Of a DNA stretch of 64,000 nt, positions 1 to 13,110 are shown one piece after another. A program made the translations under genes and the position numbers. Each line of letters opens with the position of its first letter. The stretch's first letter is position 1. The stretch comes from Azolla caroliniana (taxonomy: Eukaryota; Plantae; Polypodiophyta): the NCBI GenBank assembly GCA_043228905.1, contig JBHGNT010000004.1, positions 14,446,001 to 14,510,000 on the forward strand, written 5' to 3'. The notes under the pieces are model-generated. The model was not told the origin of the DNA. It worked only from the letters and a program-made list of their open reading frames with translations, and did not search any database.

Positions 1-2480
1 ATCATAAAGATAGTCTCAAAGAGTTGGAAATGAAATTCATCAAAAGTTAGTTGTCAAAATTTTACATGGTTTTGAGTTATTCAAATGGTTCCCAATGCCC
101 AAAATTTATCCAATGGAAAACAATGGCATTTGATAAAAGTTCTTTTAAACGGAGATGCTAAACCCTTTATAAAGATAAGAGGGAACCAATACAAGATGCA
201 ATGATTATGTATGTTAGACCTTGACCAACACATTGTTTTATCATGTCCAACCCATTCTTATAGTGGAAGAAACCTTATGCATAGAGGCAACACAACACAA
301 ACTATTACAAAGGATGGCACTTTGGAGGCAAGAATTGGGTTAGGATGGTGGAAAGCATCAAGATGGGATGACATTATTGTTCCATTTTTTATCACATTTT
401 GGGACTGCTTGAAGAAGGCCAAATTATGCATTGCAAATAAAACCTGGGAAGATTTGTAGAATCCCTTATACATGGGACAGAGGATTTGATTAAACATTGC
501 CCAAAGGTTTGATTAAACATAGTATAGTTCAATACATCAAGGTAGCTCCATTAGTGCAATATTCTACATGATTGCAACACGCCCATTGTTATTACAAATG
601 GATAATCTTGTGACATTTAGCCAATTGCATTTGGATGACTCATATTTTATGCCATGCGCATTCACAGAATATGCAAAGAGTAATGGATGCTCTTGAGTTG
701 ATGGCCTTTGTTGTTAGGTTGCATGTGAATTTCTACATCAAAACTCTCAATCTTGCACACATATGGTTGACATGCACAAGTATGGCCAAGGCATATAATC
801 CAAATAAGACCATAAGGCATTTTGGGTATCCTCTTGGTTAATATTCAACAAACAAGAAAACTCAAAGCAACCAAAGAACCGGACTATTACAGGTTGATTT
901 AGGAATAGTGCAATCGAGATTAATGGCTTATCTCGAGTATTGATTGCTTGTTGATTGGTGCAATCATGGATTTAAGTTGATTCAATCAAAGATATACATG
1001 TTATAAGAAAAGCTTGGTTGCTACGTACTTTAGCCCAACAAAGTCTCTAGTGTATGAAAATATTGGCTTGTTTGTTAGTACATCTTCAAACTCCTACTTT
1101 TGGTGTTTGGGAAATCACTTGTTGGGAAATGCGTGTTGGCAAGTTTAATGTTTGTACCAAAGGGTATCCCTTTAGCACCAAATTGGACAAAGATTAGAAG
1201 TTAATCCCACAAAAGCTTTGTTTGAACAAGGGAATGTATGCTAGTAACTCCATGAAATTTGAGTATCCATTGGAATTCTCTTTTTGATAACCCTTTAGCC
1301 AATGTGGAGCCATGTAGGGCATTTTGCATAGCGAATGGGGGAGGGCTTAACTTCAATCCAATCCATTAGGAGACAAACACTCGATCGCAAAGAAATAGTG
1401 ATGGCAAAGGGCATGCACTAACATTTCAAGATACAATTTAGGTCCTCAAACACAAATAAATTTGGTCTAAAATAATGGAATAATTGCAAGCATTTACCCT
1501 CATGTCACCTTTAGAAGCATAAAATAGATTTTTTTATTGAAATTTGAAGTGAGGTAACTTTTGTGTCCAATGAGGTCATAAAGAATTCACAAGCTATGCC
1601 TTCCCATCTCCTTGGGTCCAAGGGCATGAAAATGCTCTTTGGCAAATCACTAAATTTGAGGGATGGTGGAAGAAAAAACTTATTTTCCTTTGGAAATTAT
1701 GTTTATCCAATAGGATCACAACTAGTGGAAAGGATATTATTCATTCTCCTTGTGTGAGGTGTTGTAGCGGATTATAAATGATAACTCCTTGATATTGCAC
1801 CCCTTCAATAGTGAGAGTGTTATGTCCTTAGTGAGCATTTGCAAGAAGAGGAGCCGTTCTACCATGACTCTACAATTTTAGGTACCACTTTGTTATGACA
1901 TCATGATCAATCCTTGTGGGCCTTCTCCAAGATTTGAGTCCTTCATTAAGTTTAGATTAATTGCTAGCATTGTTGTTCATAAATTAGGTCGTTTGTGATG
2001 TGCTTCTTACTTAATAAATTTAATAGAGATGCATTTCTCAATTAACACAAATTATAATTTTTAATGGTTTGGTTGATTAATGTTGACTAAGTACTAGAAC
2101 ATTGCTAACCCAAATCTAGTAAACAAATAATAGAAAGAATACATTAGGGAGCAATTAATTGCATAATAGGTTATGACGAATTCACTAGACACACCTACAT
2201 CTTGATCAATCAATAAAAATTGGAATCAATGAATTCAGTTGACACATTCTCATACACTATCCTAAAGAGAGTGGAATTTTGATGAAGGCATGAATATGTG
2301 TGGAATTATGGGTTGGATAGAAGAATGACATTTTAATGAATTCGCCTATTAAAAAATTATACTTAATAAATTGAAATATGTTGTTTGAAAGAGCATAGAG
2401 AGTTTTACCGTAGTCCTTTAGGCAAACACTCTTTAACAATAAAATAAAAATCAAGAAGAAATTACACAACAATAACAACT
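1..2480 (-). mobile_element. Highly degenerate Ty3/gypsy-like remnant (pol fragments, probable PBS/LTR near 1880-2480)
   Basis: Only scattered minus-strand RT/RNaseH-like peptides (e.g. FGCFEF near 860-875) and an ACA-aag-TGGTACC LTR/PBS-like junction near 1880-1895. No intact ORF. Confidence 0.3.
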
Positions 2481-3133
2481 AATTTGCCTACTTTCCTATA
2501 ACAAACAAATGAAATTCAGCCCCTTAGTTTAGAATAAAATATTTGGCACTAGGGGATGAAATAGCACCTGCCAAACTAAGAATTAGGGATGAAGGGTGTC
2601 CTCAACTAAGAATCATATGGTCTAACTCCAAACCAATGTGAATGATGATGAATTTATCATGCAAGGAGATGAAGGTATTTGATTGTGCACGGCAAGAACA
2701 CTTGGACATGATATGGAGTAATTGCAAATGACAAAAAGCGGAAATGGAGAATATTAGTGATCTAACTTGATTCTGTATGCTTATTGCATCATAGTGAAAA
2801 TGACTCTAAATTGAATAGGGTCAACATGTAAACAGAAAGTAAATTTAAGTTGAAGAAATATATTTATCTTGTGTAAAACTCTCAACAAGTCTCGAGTTCT
2901 TCTCTATTCACCCAAATACCTCTCTTCCACAACCAAGTTTAATTAATGATGATGACCTTTGGTGGGGTGGGGGGGGGGGTTGTTGAAACTAGCCGTCAGG
3001 TGCGAAACAATATCATCACTCTTCAGATGAAGACCATCGAGTTGATAACAAATACAGAGATATATTAACATATTCTAGAAGGCAAAGAAAGCAACATAGA
3101 CAGGATCAATAGAAAAGGTAGCAAGAAGAGAAG

Positions 3134-3435
3134 TGTTGAGAGTCGAACTCAACTTCCCATAGATAGGTTTCACACTAGCTCATGGACATGTTGGGCTAGT
3201 TTTGTAAATAGTAGAAAGGGCACTTTCCCTAGCTTAGTTGGTATATAAACCAACACATTGTAACTTAGTAATTGTTGGATGTTTTATGCTTTGATGTAAT
3301 TTTGGGTAATATACAGTTTGTCTCTCACTCACTCTCTCTCTCTCTGTCTTGAGACACACACACACATACACACACACACACACACACACATCTTCCGTTG
3401 CATTACAACCACTCTTGCCTCCTCTTTTCTTCACA
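3134..3435 (+). repeat. B1 5' LTR (contains CT/CA microsatellite)
   Basis: Direct repeat of 21439-21726, TGTTGAGAG...TTCACA. Confidence 0.95.
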
Positions 3436-3447
3436 TGGTATCAGAGC
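3436..3447 (+). promoter_or_regulatory. Primer-binding site, tRNA-iMet
   Basis: TGGTATCAGAGC immediately after the LTR. Confidence 0.95.
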
Positions 3448-3536
3448 GTGTGGTTGCCTGATCAAGCATTTTCGACTGTGTTGTGCTGCACGCCGACGAT
3501 CAACAGTACCGACCCATCGACAAAGAAGGAATCACC

Positions 3537-5128
3537 ATGAATACTCAAATGGGAAGCGCCCTTCCTACCGAGAAGCTCGACAGAACGAACTTTGCATCTT
3601 GGAAATACAAGATGCATCAATATCTTGTCGGAAAAGGCTACTGGAGCTACATCGAAGGAACTCACGAATCACACCCCAACCCAACACACGCCGACTATCC
3701 CGCTTGGGAGCAGGCCGCAAGCCGTGTGTTGTATTGCCTTGCATCATGCGTTCATGATCACATGCTTGGCTACATTCGAGAGGCAAAAAGGCCGAAGCAA
3801 GCATGGGAAAACCTCAAGAAGATTCTTGCAGCCAATACGGCCGCACGAAAGCTCCAACTTCGATAGAAGCTGAACAATCTTCAACAAAGGGACATGTCAA
3901 TCGGAAACTACACCTTAAAGATCAAGGAGTTGTGTGATGCCCTTGGATCAATCAATGTTAGCATTGACGATGAAGAAATGGTGCAGGTATGCCTCAATGG
4001 CTTGGCACTGCGCTTTGGCGCAATAAGATTGGTTGTTCTCGTGAGAGAGAATCCTCCCTCTTTTGATCTCCAATCATTGTTGCTGGTCAAAGCGAATCAC
4101 ATGCGTCAAAGGAACAACGCGCATTAAGGAAAAATGCTATATTCGAACTTCGATGGAGGAAGAGGACAAAGCCGCGGTAGGAGAGGTTGATTCGGCCAAG
4201 GTTGACACAACCAAGAGCGTAACTCCCACTAATGGCAAGCGGACAGAAACGGCCCCAGAGAGTTCGGCGGAAGGGGGAGTCATCACGTCGGACCAAGCAA
4301 CCGTAGGAACCCAGTTGAGTGCGGGTACTGTGGAAAACTTGGCCACTACGAAGAGGAGTGTCGAAAGAAGAAGCATGAGTAAGGCTGACAACTAACAAAT
4401 TACGCCACGAACTCCGACTACGGCGACCGTGACGAAATGTTCATAATGAACCAACCCAGACAGCAACACTCGGCGAATGCCGATACTATGTCACGTTCAT
4501 CGACCACTTCTCTAGGAACACCTAGATCTATCCGATGAAGCAAAAGAGTGAAGTGTTCAGGCACTTCCAGACATTCAAAGCCGAAGTCGAAAAAACTTCG
4601 GGTCGGCATGTACGTTGTCTTCGATCAGATGGAGGCAAAGACTATTTTTCGGATGAATTTACGGCGTATCTCCGAAAAGAAGGAATCCGATGAGAGTTCT
4701 CGTGTCAACACACGCCTCAGCAAAACGGTGTAGCAAAGTGCAAAAATCGCCATGTAGTAGAAATTGCACGAGCCATGATGAACGAGAAGAACCTGCCGAA
4801 ATCATAATGGGCAGAAGCGGCAAATACGGCTGTATATCTCATGACCAGGTGCACAACCTCAAGAGTACACGATATAACTCCGCATGAGAAGTTCTTCGGA
4901 AAGAAGCCGGACTTGTCACATGTCCGTATTTTCGGTTCTATCGCCTACATAAATATTCCCGACGATACGCGGCAAAATCTTGACCCAAAGTTGGAGAAAT
5001 GTATCCTCGTAAGATACTCACTCGAACAAAAGGGGTACAAATGCTACAACCCATCTACCCATAAGGTTTGAACAAGTCGAGACGTAGTCTTTGACGAATA
5101 CGCATCCTGGTACGCACTAGAAAATACC
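3537..5128 (+). pseudogene. B1 gag (UBN2-type, CCHC knuckle) and integrase; protease region deleted
   Basis: EKLDRTNFASWKYKMHQYLVGKGYW gag start, CGYCGKLGHYEEEC knuckle, integrase TPHEKFFGKKPDLSHVRIFGSIAY...QKGYKCYNP; multiple stops. Confidence 0.9.
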
Positions 5129-5258
5129 TGTCAGGAATAGTACTAAAACAAAGAGAGAATTAGTATTGGAAAAGGGAAGTACTATTAGTACTAAGAGGAC
5201 GGGACTGCGTAAGACTCCCGAGAGAGGAAGAGAGAAGAGGAGAGAGAGAGATAGCGAG

Positions 5259-5299
<41 letters not shown>

Positions 5300-5587
5300 G
5301 ATGATAACAGAGGATATATTATGTGAAGAGTAAGTACAAAAGGGCTATGAGGCTTAAGATTGGCGTTGAACCAATTTGGTTCAAAATAATCCCTGGCGCC
5401 TTCTTTTATAGTGTTCTTAGGAGTAATCTTGAAGCTTCTAGAATGTTCCAGGGAAATCTAGAATATACATTAATTTCCTATAATAAAACTTAAATGAAAA
5501 GAATATCCTACGTATTACAATAGATGGTATAATGGTCAAGAGCTCGACCCATATAACATAAGGTCATGGATTTGAGTCTTGCCATCA
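5129..5587 (-). repeat. C1 3' LTR
   Basis: Direct repeat of 18913-19369, with a GA microsatellite. Confidence 0.95.
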
Positions 5588-5599
5588 TCTCCCCCTTAA

Positions 5600-8500
5600 G
5601 AGGACGAGTGGAACGAGTCGGCGTTGATTGCGAACCAGGTTTGTCCGGATACTTTTGGTGGAACTCAGGAAGAAGATCCTGAGCATTGGCGACATGCTCG
5701 ACGAGTTCCCAAGTACGTTCGCTCGGACTATAGCCGAGCCAATTGACCAAATAATAAAGTTTGTTGCAAACAAGTTTGGAATCGAGGACGACAACAACTT
5801 TATACTCCGGGCCGGCTTCCACCTCAAGTGGGGGCGGCGGTGGTGTAACACGATCATGAATAGTGTTTGCTTTATAAGGTTCAAGAAGAGAGCTATGGAA
5901 AACCAGATGTATCTAAAGATACGGAGGGAGATCAAGGCGGAACGTGACATTATTAACCTTACTAGGAATACGGAAAGGACCAAGTCGTCGATAATCCAAC
6001 TTGTTGCACGGTCGAGTAGTCTTGATGTGACGACGTAAGAGCCATACTCGATCTTTGATGGCAAAAGAGGAGGGAAGCCGATGACGATCCACATAAGTCT
6101 TCTGTGTGTGTTGAGCATGACGAAGATGAGTAGAGAGATCCATCTGGATCTTGCATAGCCTCTCCAAATGATCCTCGGCACGAGGATTGGTAGGTAGCTC
6201 CGGGGTGTCGATCACCGACCAACGAGGATGAGAACCGATATAAGTGTAAAATGGGGAGACCCGAGTCAAGGACTGAACAACATTAGTATATGCAAACTCC
6301 GCAAAGTGGAGAATCTCAGCCCAATCGTCCTGTTGATAGCTCAGAAAACATCGGAGATATTGTTCCAACGTTTGGTTTGTTCGTTCCGCCTGCCCATCGG
6401 TCTGGGGATGGTAGCCGGAGGAGAGGTTGCAAGAGACCTTGAGCATCTTGAAGAGATGCTGCCAAAATTTGGAGACGAATTGAGGTCCTCGGTCACTGAT
6501 GATACTGTTTGAGAGGCCATGATGCCGAAATACCTCACGCATGACAAGGGCGGCGGTTTCCTCGCTAGTGATGGCCTTAGTACACGGCACAAAATGTGCC
6601 ATCTTAGTATATCTATCGACGACGGTTAAGATAGCATCAAACCCCTTCGAGACCGGCAGATCTGTGATAAAATCAAGACAAATAGACTACCATGGCTTAC
6701 TTGGAATCGGTAAGGGTTCCAACAAGCCATATGGATGGTGTCCGGGCATCTTTGCTCGGCAGCAAGCATCACAAGTCCGAATGTAGTCGTTGACAAAACG
6801 TCGCATATGGGGCCACCAAAAAGATCGTTGAACGAGATCCAACGTCTTAGTACTACCGAAATGTCCCGCCGTATGGGTGTCGTGACAATTTTGAATGATT
6901 TGAAGGCGACATGAGAAATCAGGGACATATACAAGCTTTTTAAAGAATAACAAACCATCATGATATTCGAATTGTTGGTAGTCCATACCTGGTTGTTGAG
7001 ATTGGGAACATGATGCCCGAGAGGTATCAATGTGCACCAGAATGTCTTGAGCAAAACTGTTTGTCTTCAAGTTCGCACGTATGGCATCGGTAATCCGGGA
7101 ATCCATTGGGGTGTGAAAAATCCTTGTTGTGTGCAATCATGTTGGTCCCAAGACTACTTGCTTTTGATTATCAAACGCTAGATCACCAGGACGAGGTGCA
7201 AGATATGAACACCGTGATAGCGCATCTGCTTTTCCTTGCTACTTCCGCAGTCGATATGTGATTTTGAAGTCAAAACGCATGAGGAATTGAGCCCACCGAG
7301 CTTGCCGTCGATTTAGCACCTGAGCGTTCTAGAAATAAGCAAGATTTTTGTGATCACTAAAGATGATGACCTGATGTGGAGAGCCCTCTAAGAAATGCCG
7401 CCATTGACAAAGGAATCCACGATGGCTAATAACTCCTTGTCATGTATTTCGTAGTTGATTTCTACGGCATCGAATTTGTGCGAATGGAAAGCCACAGGAT
7501 GTAACTCTCCTTTATCTCCTTGTTGAGAAAGGATGCTACCAAGGACGAAATCCGATGTGTCGGCCTCCATGATGAATGGTTTGTTTGTATCCACATGAGC
7601 TAGAATAGGAGCTGATGTAAAGGCTTACTTAAGATGCCGAAAAGCCATGTCCGCTTCATTGGACCAAAGAAATGCTTGTCCCTTCTTCGTAAGTTGTGTG
7701 AGAGGTAAAATAATCTTCGAGTAATCCTATATAAACTTGTGGTAGAAGTTAGCAAAACCTAGAAAACATTGTACATCTCGTACCGATGGAATTTGCCACT
7801 CTAGCACAATTTGGACTTTAGCTGGATCCATGGAGATGCCCCTTGAGGAGATGACGTAGCCTAGAAATTCCACTTGCTTGCAGTCAAAGCTACATTTTTC
7901 TAGCTTGGCATAAAGTCCATTCTCGCGGAGTCGTTTTAGTACTAATAGTACATAAGAATCATGCTCTTCCTGGGTCTATGAATAAATCAATAGATCATCC
8001 AAATAAATGATCAAACAGATATCCAAGAGGTCTCTAAATATATCATTTGCCATGTGTTGGAAGACTATGGGTGCATTGGTTAGATTGAATGGCATAACGG
8101 TATACTCGAAATGCCCATACCGCGTGCGAAAGGCGGTCTTCCATTCATCTCCTGATCGGATTCGCACGAGGTTATACGCTCCTCGTAGATCGATTTTTGT
8201 AAAAAACTTGGCACCATTAACTCGCTCTAAAAGACTTGATATAAGAGGAAGTGCATACCTATTCCGGATGGTGACTTTATTCAAGTCGCGGTAATCAACG
8301 ACGAGAGGAAGTGAGCCATCTTTCTTCTTGACAAAGAAGATGGGTGCACCGGCCAGAGATTTCGAATGACGAATAAACCCGCTTGCCAAGTTCTCCTCTA
8401 TGTAGGCTCGAAGGAATTCTAACTCTTTGGGTGACAAGTTGTAGATTGGTCCCCATGGTGGCTCTGCTCCTGGTTGTAAATCAATGGGACAATCATAGGG

Positions 8501-9304
8501 ACGATGATGAGGAAGAGTACTGGCTTTTACCTTGTCAAATACATCGGCATAAGGATGATATTTCGCCGGAAGTTGCACTAGGGATTCCTTCTTAATAGTG
8601 CTAGAAGGATGTATTGATATTGCAAATAGGAACATTGCCTCCTTGTGTCCTTCTTCGCGTAATTGATGGAGTGAAATGGTCCAAACTCGATGAGTAGATT
8701 CTTGGGGTTGTCAATATCAGACTTCTCTTGTTCTCCAATCTATGTCTGGATTATGTAATTCAAACCAAGGTAATCCCAGGACAATGGGATGCTCTGGACT
8801 ACTAATTATATTGAATTTTACTACACAGAAAACTATCTAGGACAACTTGAATGGGTTTTGACTCTTCTACAATATTCCCGAAAGCAATGGGACGACCATC
8901 AATGACTACTGCAGATGCGGGGCAAGGAAGTTTTCTTAAGGATATCTGAGAAGCTTGGGCAAAATTTCGATCCATGAAACAGGAATTGGCTCCGGAATCT
9001 AGAAGTGCTAGGACGTATACTGGAGGAGTAATTTTAGTATTAACCATGACTTGGGCTAGGAACACATTGCTAACTTGCTTGGAGGGAATGGAACCACTAA
9101 TGGGTTGTACAGATATAGGGTTCTCCAACCAAACGGCTCCTATTTTGGCTGGACTCAGTCATTTAACTCTTCATTTAATTGACTAAGGATTTCAAATTTG
9201 TTTGAGATACTTGGGCTAGTAGTACTATTAATACTATCAGACACTCCTAAGGGAAGAATTAACTCGGGTTTAGTACAGGCTACGATTTGATTTACCTGTC
9301 TTCT
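5600..9304 (-). pseudogene. C1 pol: protease, RT, RNase H, integrase, chromodomain
   Basis: ALLDSGANSCF (PR); [19 protein letters not shown] (RT); [25 protein letters not shown] (RH); HDTHTAGHFG, ISDRGPQF, YHPQTDGQAER (INT); YKV..LDSK..YYLVNWLGYSPSERTWE (chromo). Confidence 0.95.
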
Positions 9305-9741
9305 TGTTACCGATTAGGAACACGGTTTGCAGTCAGTCCTTCGACCTAGACCTCCAAGTGGTTGTGGAACAACGAATAGGCGTCTATGCGTAATGCGTAG
9401 GGGAATGTTCCCTGTAACCTATCAGCGTATAAGGGAGACGGCTACAACCGACTCCTTAGCAATGGTTACACTTACGTTCTTACACGCTCAGGTATTCTAG
9501 ACATACAATAGATTAGCCGTAGCTATACACAGACTTTCAGAGAAGTTAGAATTCTATTATGATACGTTCCTTTACATTCCAAAATTACACGCTCCCTCTA
9601 TCAGAGGTTTTCTACCCTTTATATACGCAGGGTCTATTTAGTCATTCACGCTTCCTGCATGAACCGTTACATGCGTTATGATCTTATATTATTTCTTATT
9701 CCTACGCTCTTTTCCGTCGGTTACTATTCCGGCGGACAACA
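9305..9741 (-). repeat. D 3' LTR
   Basis: Direct repeat of 17417-17853; about 14 substitutions by eye. Confidence 0.95.
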
Positions 9742-9743
9742 CC

Positions 9744-9760
9744 TGGCACGCTTGTGGGAC
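9744..9760 (+). promoter_or_regulatory. Second, inverted tRNA-Arg-type PBS at the position of the missing PPT (TGGCACGCTTGTGGGAC)
   Basis: 2 nt from the 3' LTR edge; shares TGGCACGCTTG exactly with the 5' PBS in opposite orientation; no purine tract present. Confidence 0.7.
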
Positions 9761-9779
9761 ACTGCCCTGGCACGTTGGA

Positions 9780-12700
9780 CCCATCCTGATAATCTTCTTC
9801 CAAAATGGCCCGGATGTTTGGCTCTGTTGCGGTGTCCGCGTCCGGAGGCGACATAGTGGCTTAATCGGGATATTAGTGATTGTTTCACTAGATGAAAAAG
9901 GTTACATTTCAGGCCACCAAGGTTTAATCTTCTTCCGGCCCGTAGGTGCATCGTGGTGGGGCTCCCCTGTTTGGTCGGAATGGTTTCTCCCGGTTTCGCA
10001 GTCGTCGTGTGTGGTTGGTCCGGGTACGGTGGGCTCTTCTTGAGCTAGTGGGTTGGGCTCCGTCGTCGTCATGCTTGCGATCGACTGCGGCACTGTCTCA
10101 ATCGTTACTTCCTCCGCGGTGTCGGCCGTCTTTGTACGTTCCGGGGAGTGGGGCTGCGATTCCGCCTGGCCCACACCGTTCTCCGTGTGGTCCGATGATA
10201 GCGTAGGCTCGTGCGGATGAACCTCCTCTTGGGCAGTGGTTTCGTTGTTTGGTACTGTGGGGGACTCCGCTCATCGGTCCGCGCAGTTCACCGTCGTTGT
10301 AATTTTTGGTGATCTGGCCTGAGGTTCCTGTTCTTCGGCCGTGCCCAGATTGGCGTCTCGCTGGATTCCTCATTTGTTCGCGTGTTGCCGGCTTGTGTGA
10401 TCTAGTGAAATAGCTCCTCCTAGCTTTCACCAAAATCGTCTAAGAGTTGCACGAGTTCTTCAGAGTGTTGGTTTGCTAGTGCACGATAGTCTTGCGCTAG
10501 GTCCTCTCGTACGACCGCAATGCTCTCCTCATTTAGTTTATAGAAACCTCGGCTGTCTTTTCGCCGGTTCTCCCAGTCTGCACGATACGCGTACAATTCC
10601 GCTGCCTGGGTTGCCCACGCCATCCATCCTTTGTCCAGCGCCATTTTCAATTGCACTGTGAACCTCTCCCAATTTTTTTGGAGAAGGATACGCACGTTGT
10701 CGTAGTGTATTTCGTACACTATGTGAAAAAGTAAAAATAATATAACCGATTTAATTACATATAAATAAATAAAATAATATATCAAGATATTTATCACGTG
10801 CATAGGGCAAGATTCGAACCTGTACCTCCACGTAGCCAAACCTCAACTTTACCATTATGCTACCTTATCTTTAGTGTTTTATAAATAGATTTAATAACTA
10901 TAAGTGCTTTATTTGCGCCTACCTTTATTAAAAAGGTAAATCATGCATTTTTAGAGTGCGTGAATATTTTATAGAAAAACGCAAGCAACTAAAAAGTGAC
11001 TCATGCACATCTAGCGTGCATGAGCACTATATTTAGCAAATAAAAGCAAGGATTAGAAAAGCATCACATGCACATTTAGTGTGCATGAACATATGAGAAA
11101 AAGCATGTAGCTATGCTTAGTCTCTCCCATCACTATATAAGGATGGGGAGCACATTGTAGTTTTTGTTGATTATTTTTCTATAATGATCAATCAATCTAA
11201 AATATTTGTGGGATTCACGAATTTGCTAAAATATTTTTCTCGTACTACCTAAATATTGACTAAATATACTAAACTCGTGGGATTCACGAGATTCTTATCT
11301 TATAACTCTTTATACCTATTCTTTACTAGCCTTATTTGTATTTTTCTTTCTCCTAGTCCAAAACCTCTGCGGTTCCCACCCGACTCATGCAACGATCCGA
11401 AGCCGAAAGGCACGACAACGTTGTCTGTGATGGCCTGGCAACGGTTGTGTGCGCCCTCCATCGACTTCTGGAGGTTTGCAATTTCTTGTTGTTTAACCGC
11501 CGCCGCTTCTTCGTACGTGGCCTTCAGACCCGCCCCGCCCACAGCTGGGATTCCTTTGCATGTTGTTCTTCTAATTTCCCCATTTCATTGTTTAGGCGGA
11601 TTTCGAGCTGATGCCTTCTTTCCTATTTGACCACCAGCTGCTCGTCGAACCATACCTTCTTTTTCTCTAATAAGGCCCGAAGTCCTCCGATTGCCGCCTC
11701 CAATTTCTTCGCTTCATCCTGTAATTGGGCGTTTTCATCTTTTGTCCGGATGTGTTAAGCTACCTCCGTAGTGAGTTTCTCTTCAAGGATTTTTACTACC
11801 TTCCAGCCGTTAGCCCGGATCTCCTTTTCTCTGTTTGAGGATTGGTGCAGTTCAGCTCAAAGGTGGTCAATTTCTGATTCCGCAAGTTGCACGACCCTTT
11901 TTGCTTTCGAGGCAATGGCGGTCTGAGCCTCAATTTCTTCCTTCAAAGAGTCGATGGCGTGGTTTGGTGGCGGAGTTGTGTGTGGCGTCGTAGTCATGTT
12001 AGCTTCCAACTCCGCGATGCATTCGTTGGCTTTTTGCAGCTCGGCTTGGGTCATTTTCACCTTCTTCCAGACATTCTTATTTTTAATGGCCATCTCCTTG
12101 GCGCCCGTGTTGACCTTTGCCAGTTCCCTATGGACGTCGACTAGGGCCATGTTTAATGGGGGTAGCCCCATCCCTACTCGGCGTACCCCGGCGTTCCTCT
12201 GTCTGTCGACCTTAGCTAGCCGGTCCTCATCGTCGCTCTTCGCCGTTTGTGTCAGGGCGCGCTCGATCATATGGCGCTTTCCATGCTCCTCGGCCATTCG
12301 TTGGGAGGCTTTTATCTGTTGTGTTGCCAGGAATTCCATGATCTCAAAAGAGGTTCCGAATTGTAAGAGGGCGTTGAACTCATGGGCCGTATCCGGGATA
12401 TCTGGATATGCCAACACCTCGCTTTCCACCGTCAATACGGCTTTCACTCATTAGGACTAGGTCGTAATGATCGGTCGTGGCTCCCGGATGATTTCGAAGG
12501 TGGTATTGTTCTCCGTAGCTGCGGAGCCATCTCTGTCAGTCGTTGTTTCTGCCGCCATGGGGACGTCTTTGACCAATCCCCGCCCATCTTTCCTGTCCAA
12601 TCTACGTCGTTTTGGTCTGGGGCTATCCTGTCGTGTGTCTATGTCAGGCTCTGGGGCTGCTGCCACGGAACGTGTCGGTTGTTCCTCCTACGTTGTCTAT

Positions 12701-13110
12701 GTGTCTGGCTGGGCGGGAGGTGTTGTCCGCGTGTCTTGCTGGGCGGGTTGGGGTTCCTCTTCCCACTCTGGGGCCGCTAACTCCGCTAACCTGCGTTTCG
12801 CGGATCGGGGTGGGGGCGTGGGTCGGCTAGGTTGTGGTGCCGGCAGGCCTCGAGGTGGGAATAGAACCGTAAGGTACTGTTGTATGATCGGCCTGAGCTT
12901 TTTTCCTGCCTAATACACATGCATGCCTTTCCGTAACGTTGGCCCTATGATGACCCCCCAGTCGACCGCACGTCCTTCAAAGGTATCGATAATGATGCCC
13001 ACCTTCTGCTTGGGCATCCCATATGCGTTGACATGTACGCAACCGACCTCTAACAGGAACTTGGCAACTTCATGGAAGAAGGGATCCGGGATCTGCTTCG
13101 TTCTATATGC
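9780..13110 (-). pseudogene. D additional sense-strand ORF (env-like position), coiled-coil rich, decayed
   Basis: Chain of same-frame or frameshifted ORF pieces 12910-13224, 12457-12666, 11857-12447, 11300-11542, 10420-10716, 9902-10174. Confidence 0.65.
10719..11356. mobile_element. 638-bp AT-rich non-autonomous insertion E (no TSD, A|T target, CTAT.../...CTAG ends)
   Basis: Sharp GC drop inside D; imperfect terminal inverted repeats; several hairpins; tRNA-like box A/B at 10801-10864 (-). Confidence 0.65.

Noticed and set aside
10801-10864. Functional tRNA genes at the box A/B sites (also ~25179-25232 and the C LTRs)
   Set aside because: No acceptor or anticodon stems can be formed; only promoter boxes remain.
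10717-11358. CACTA transposon (starts CACTATGTGAAAAA)
   Set aside because: The right end is TAGTC, not TAGTG, and the 3-bp flanks (GTA vs CAA) do not form a TSD.
11887-12913. Plus-strand ORFs over element D (e.g. 11954-12454, 12467-12913) as an antisense gene
   Set aside because: They are shadows of the GC-rich minus-strand frame with no motifs; the LTR TATA and gag-pol are on the minus strand.
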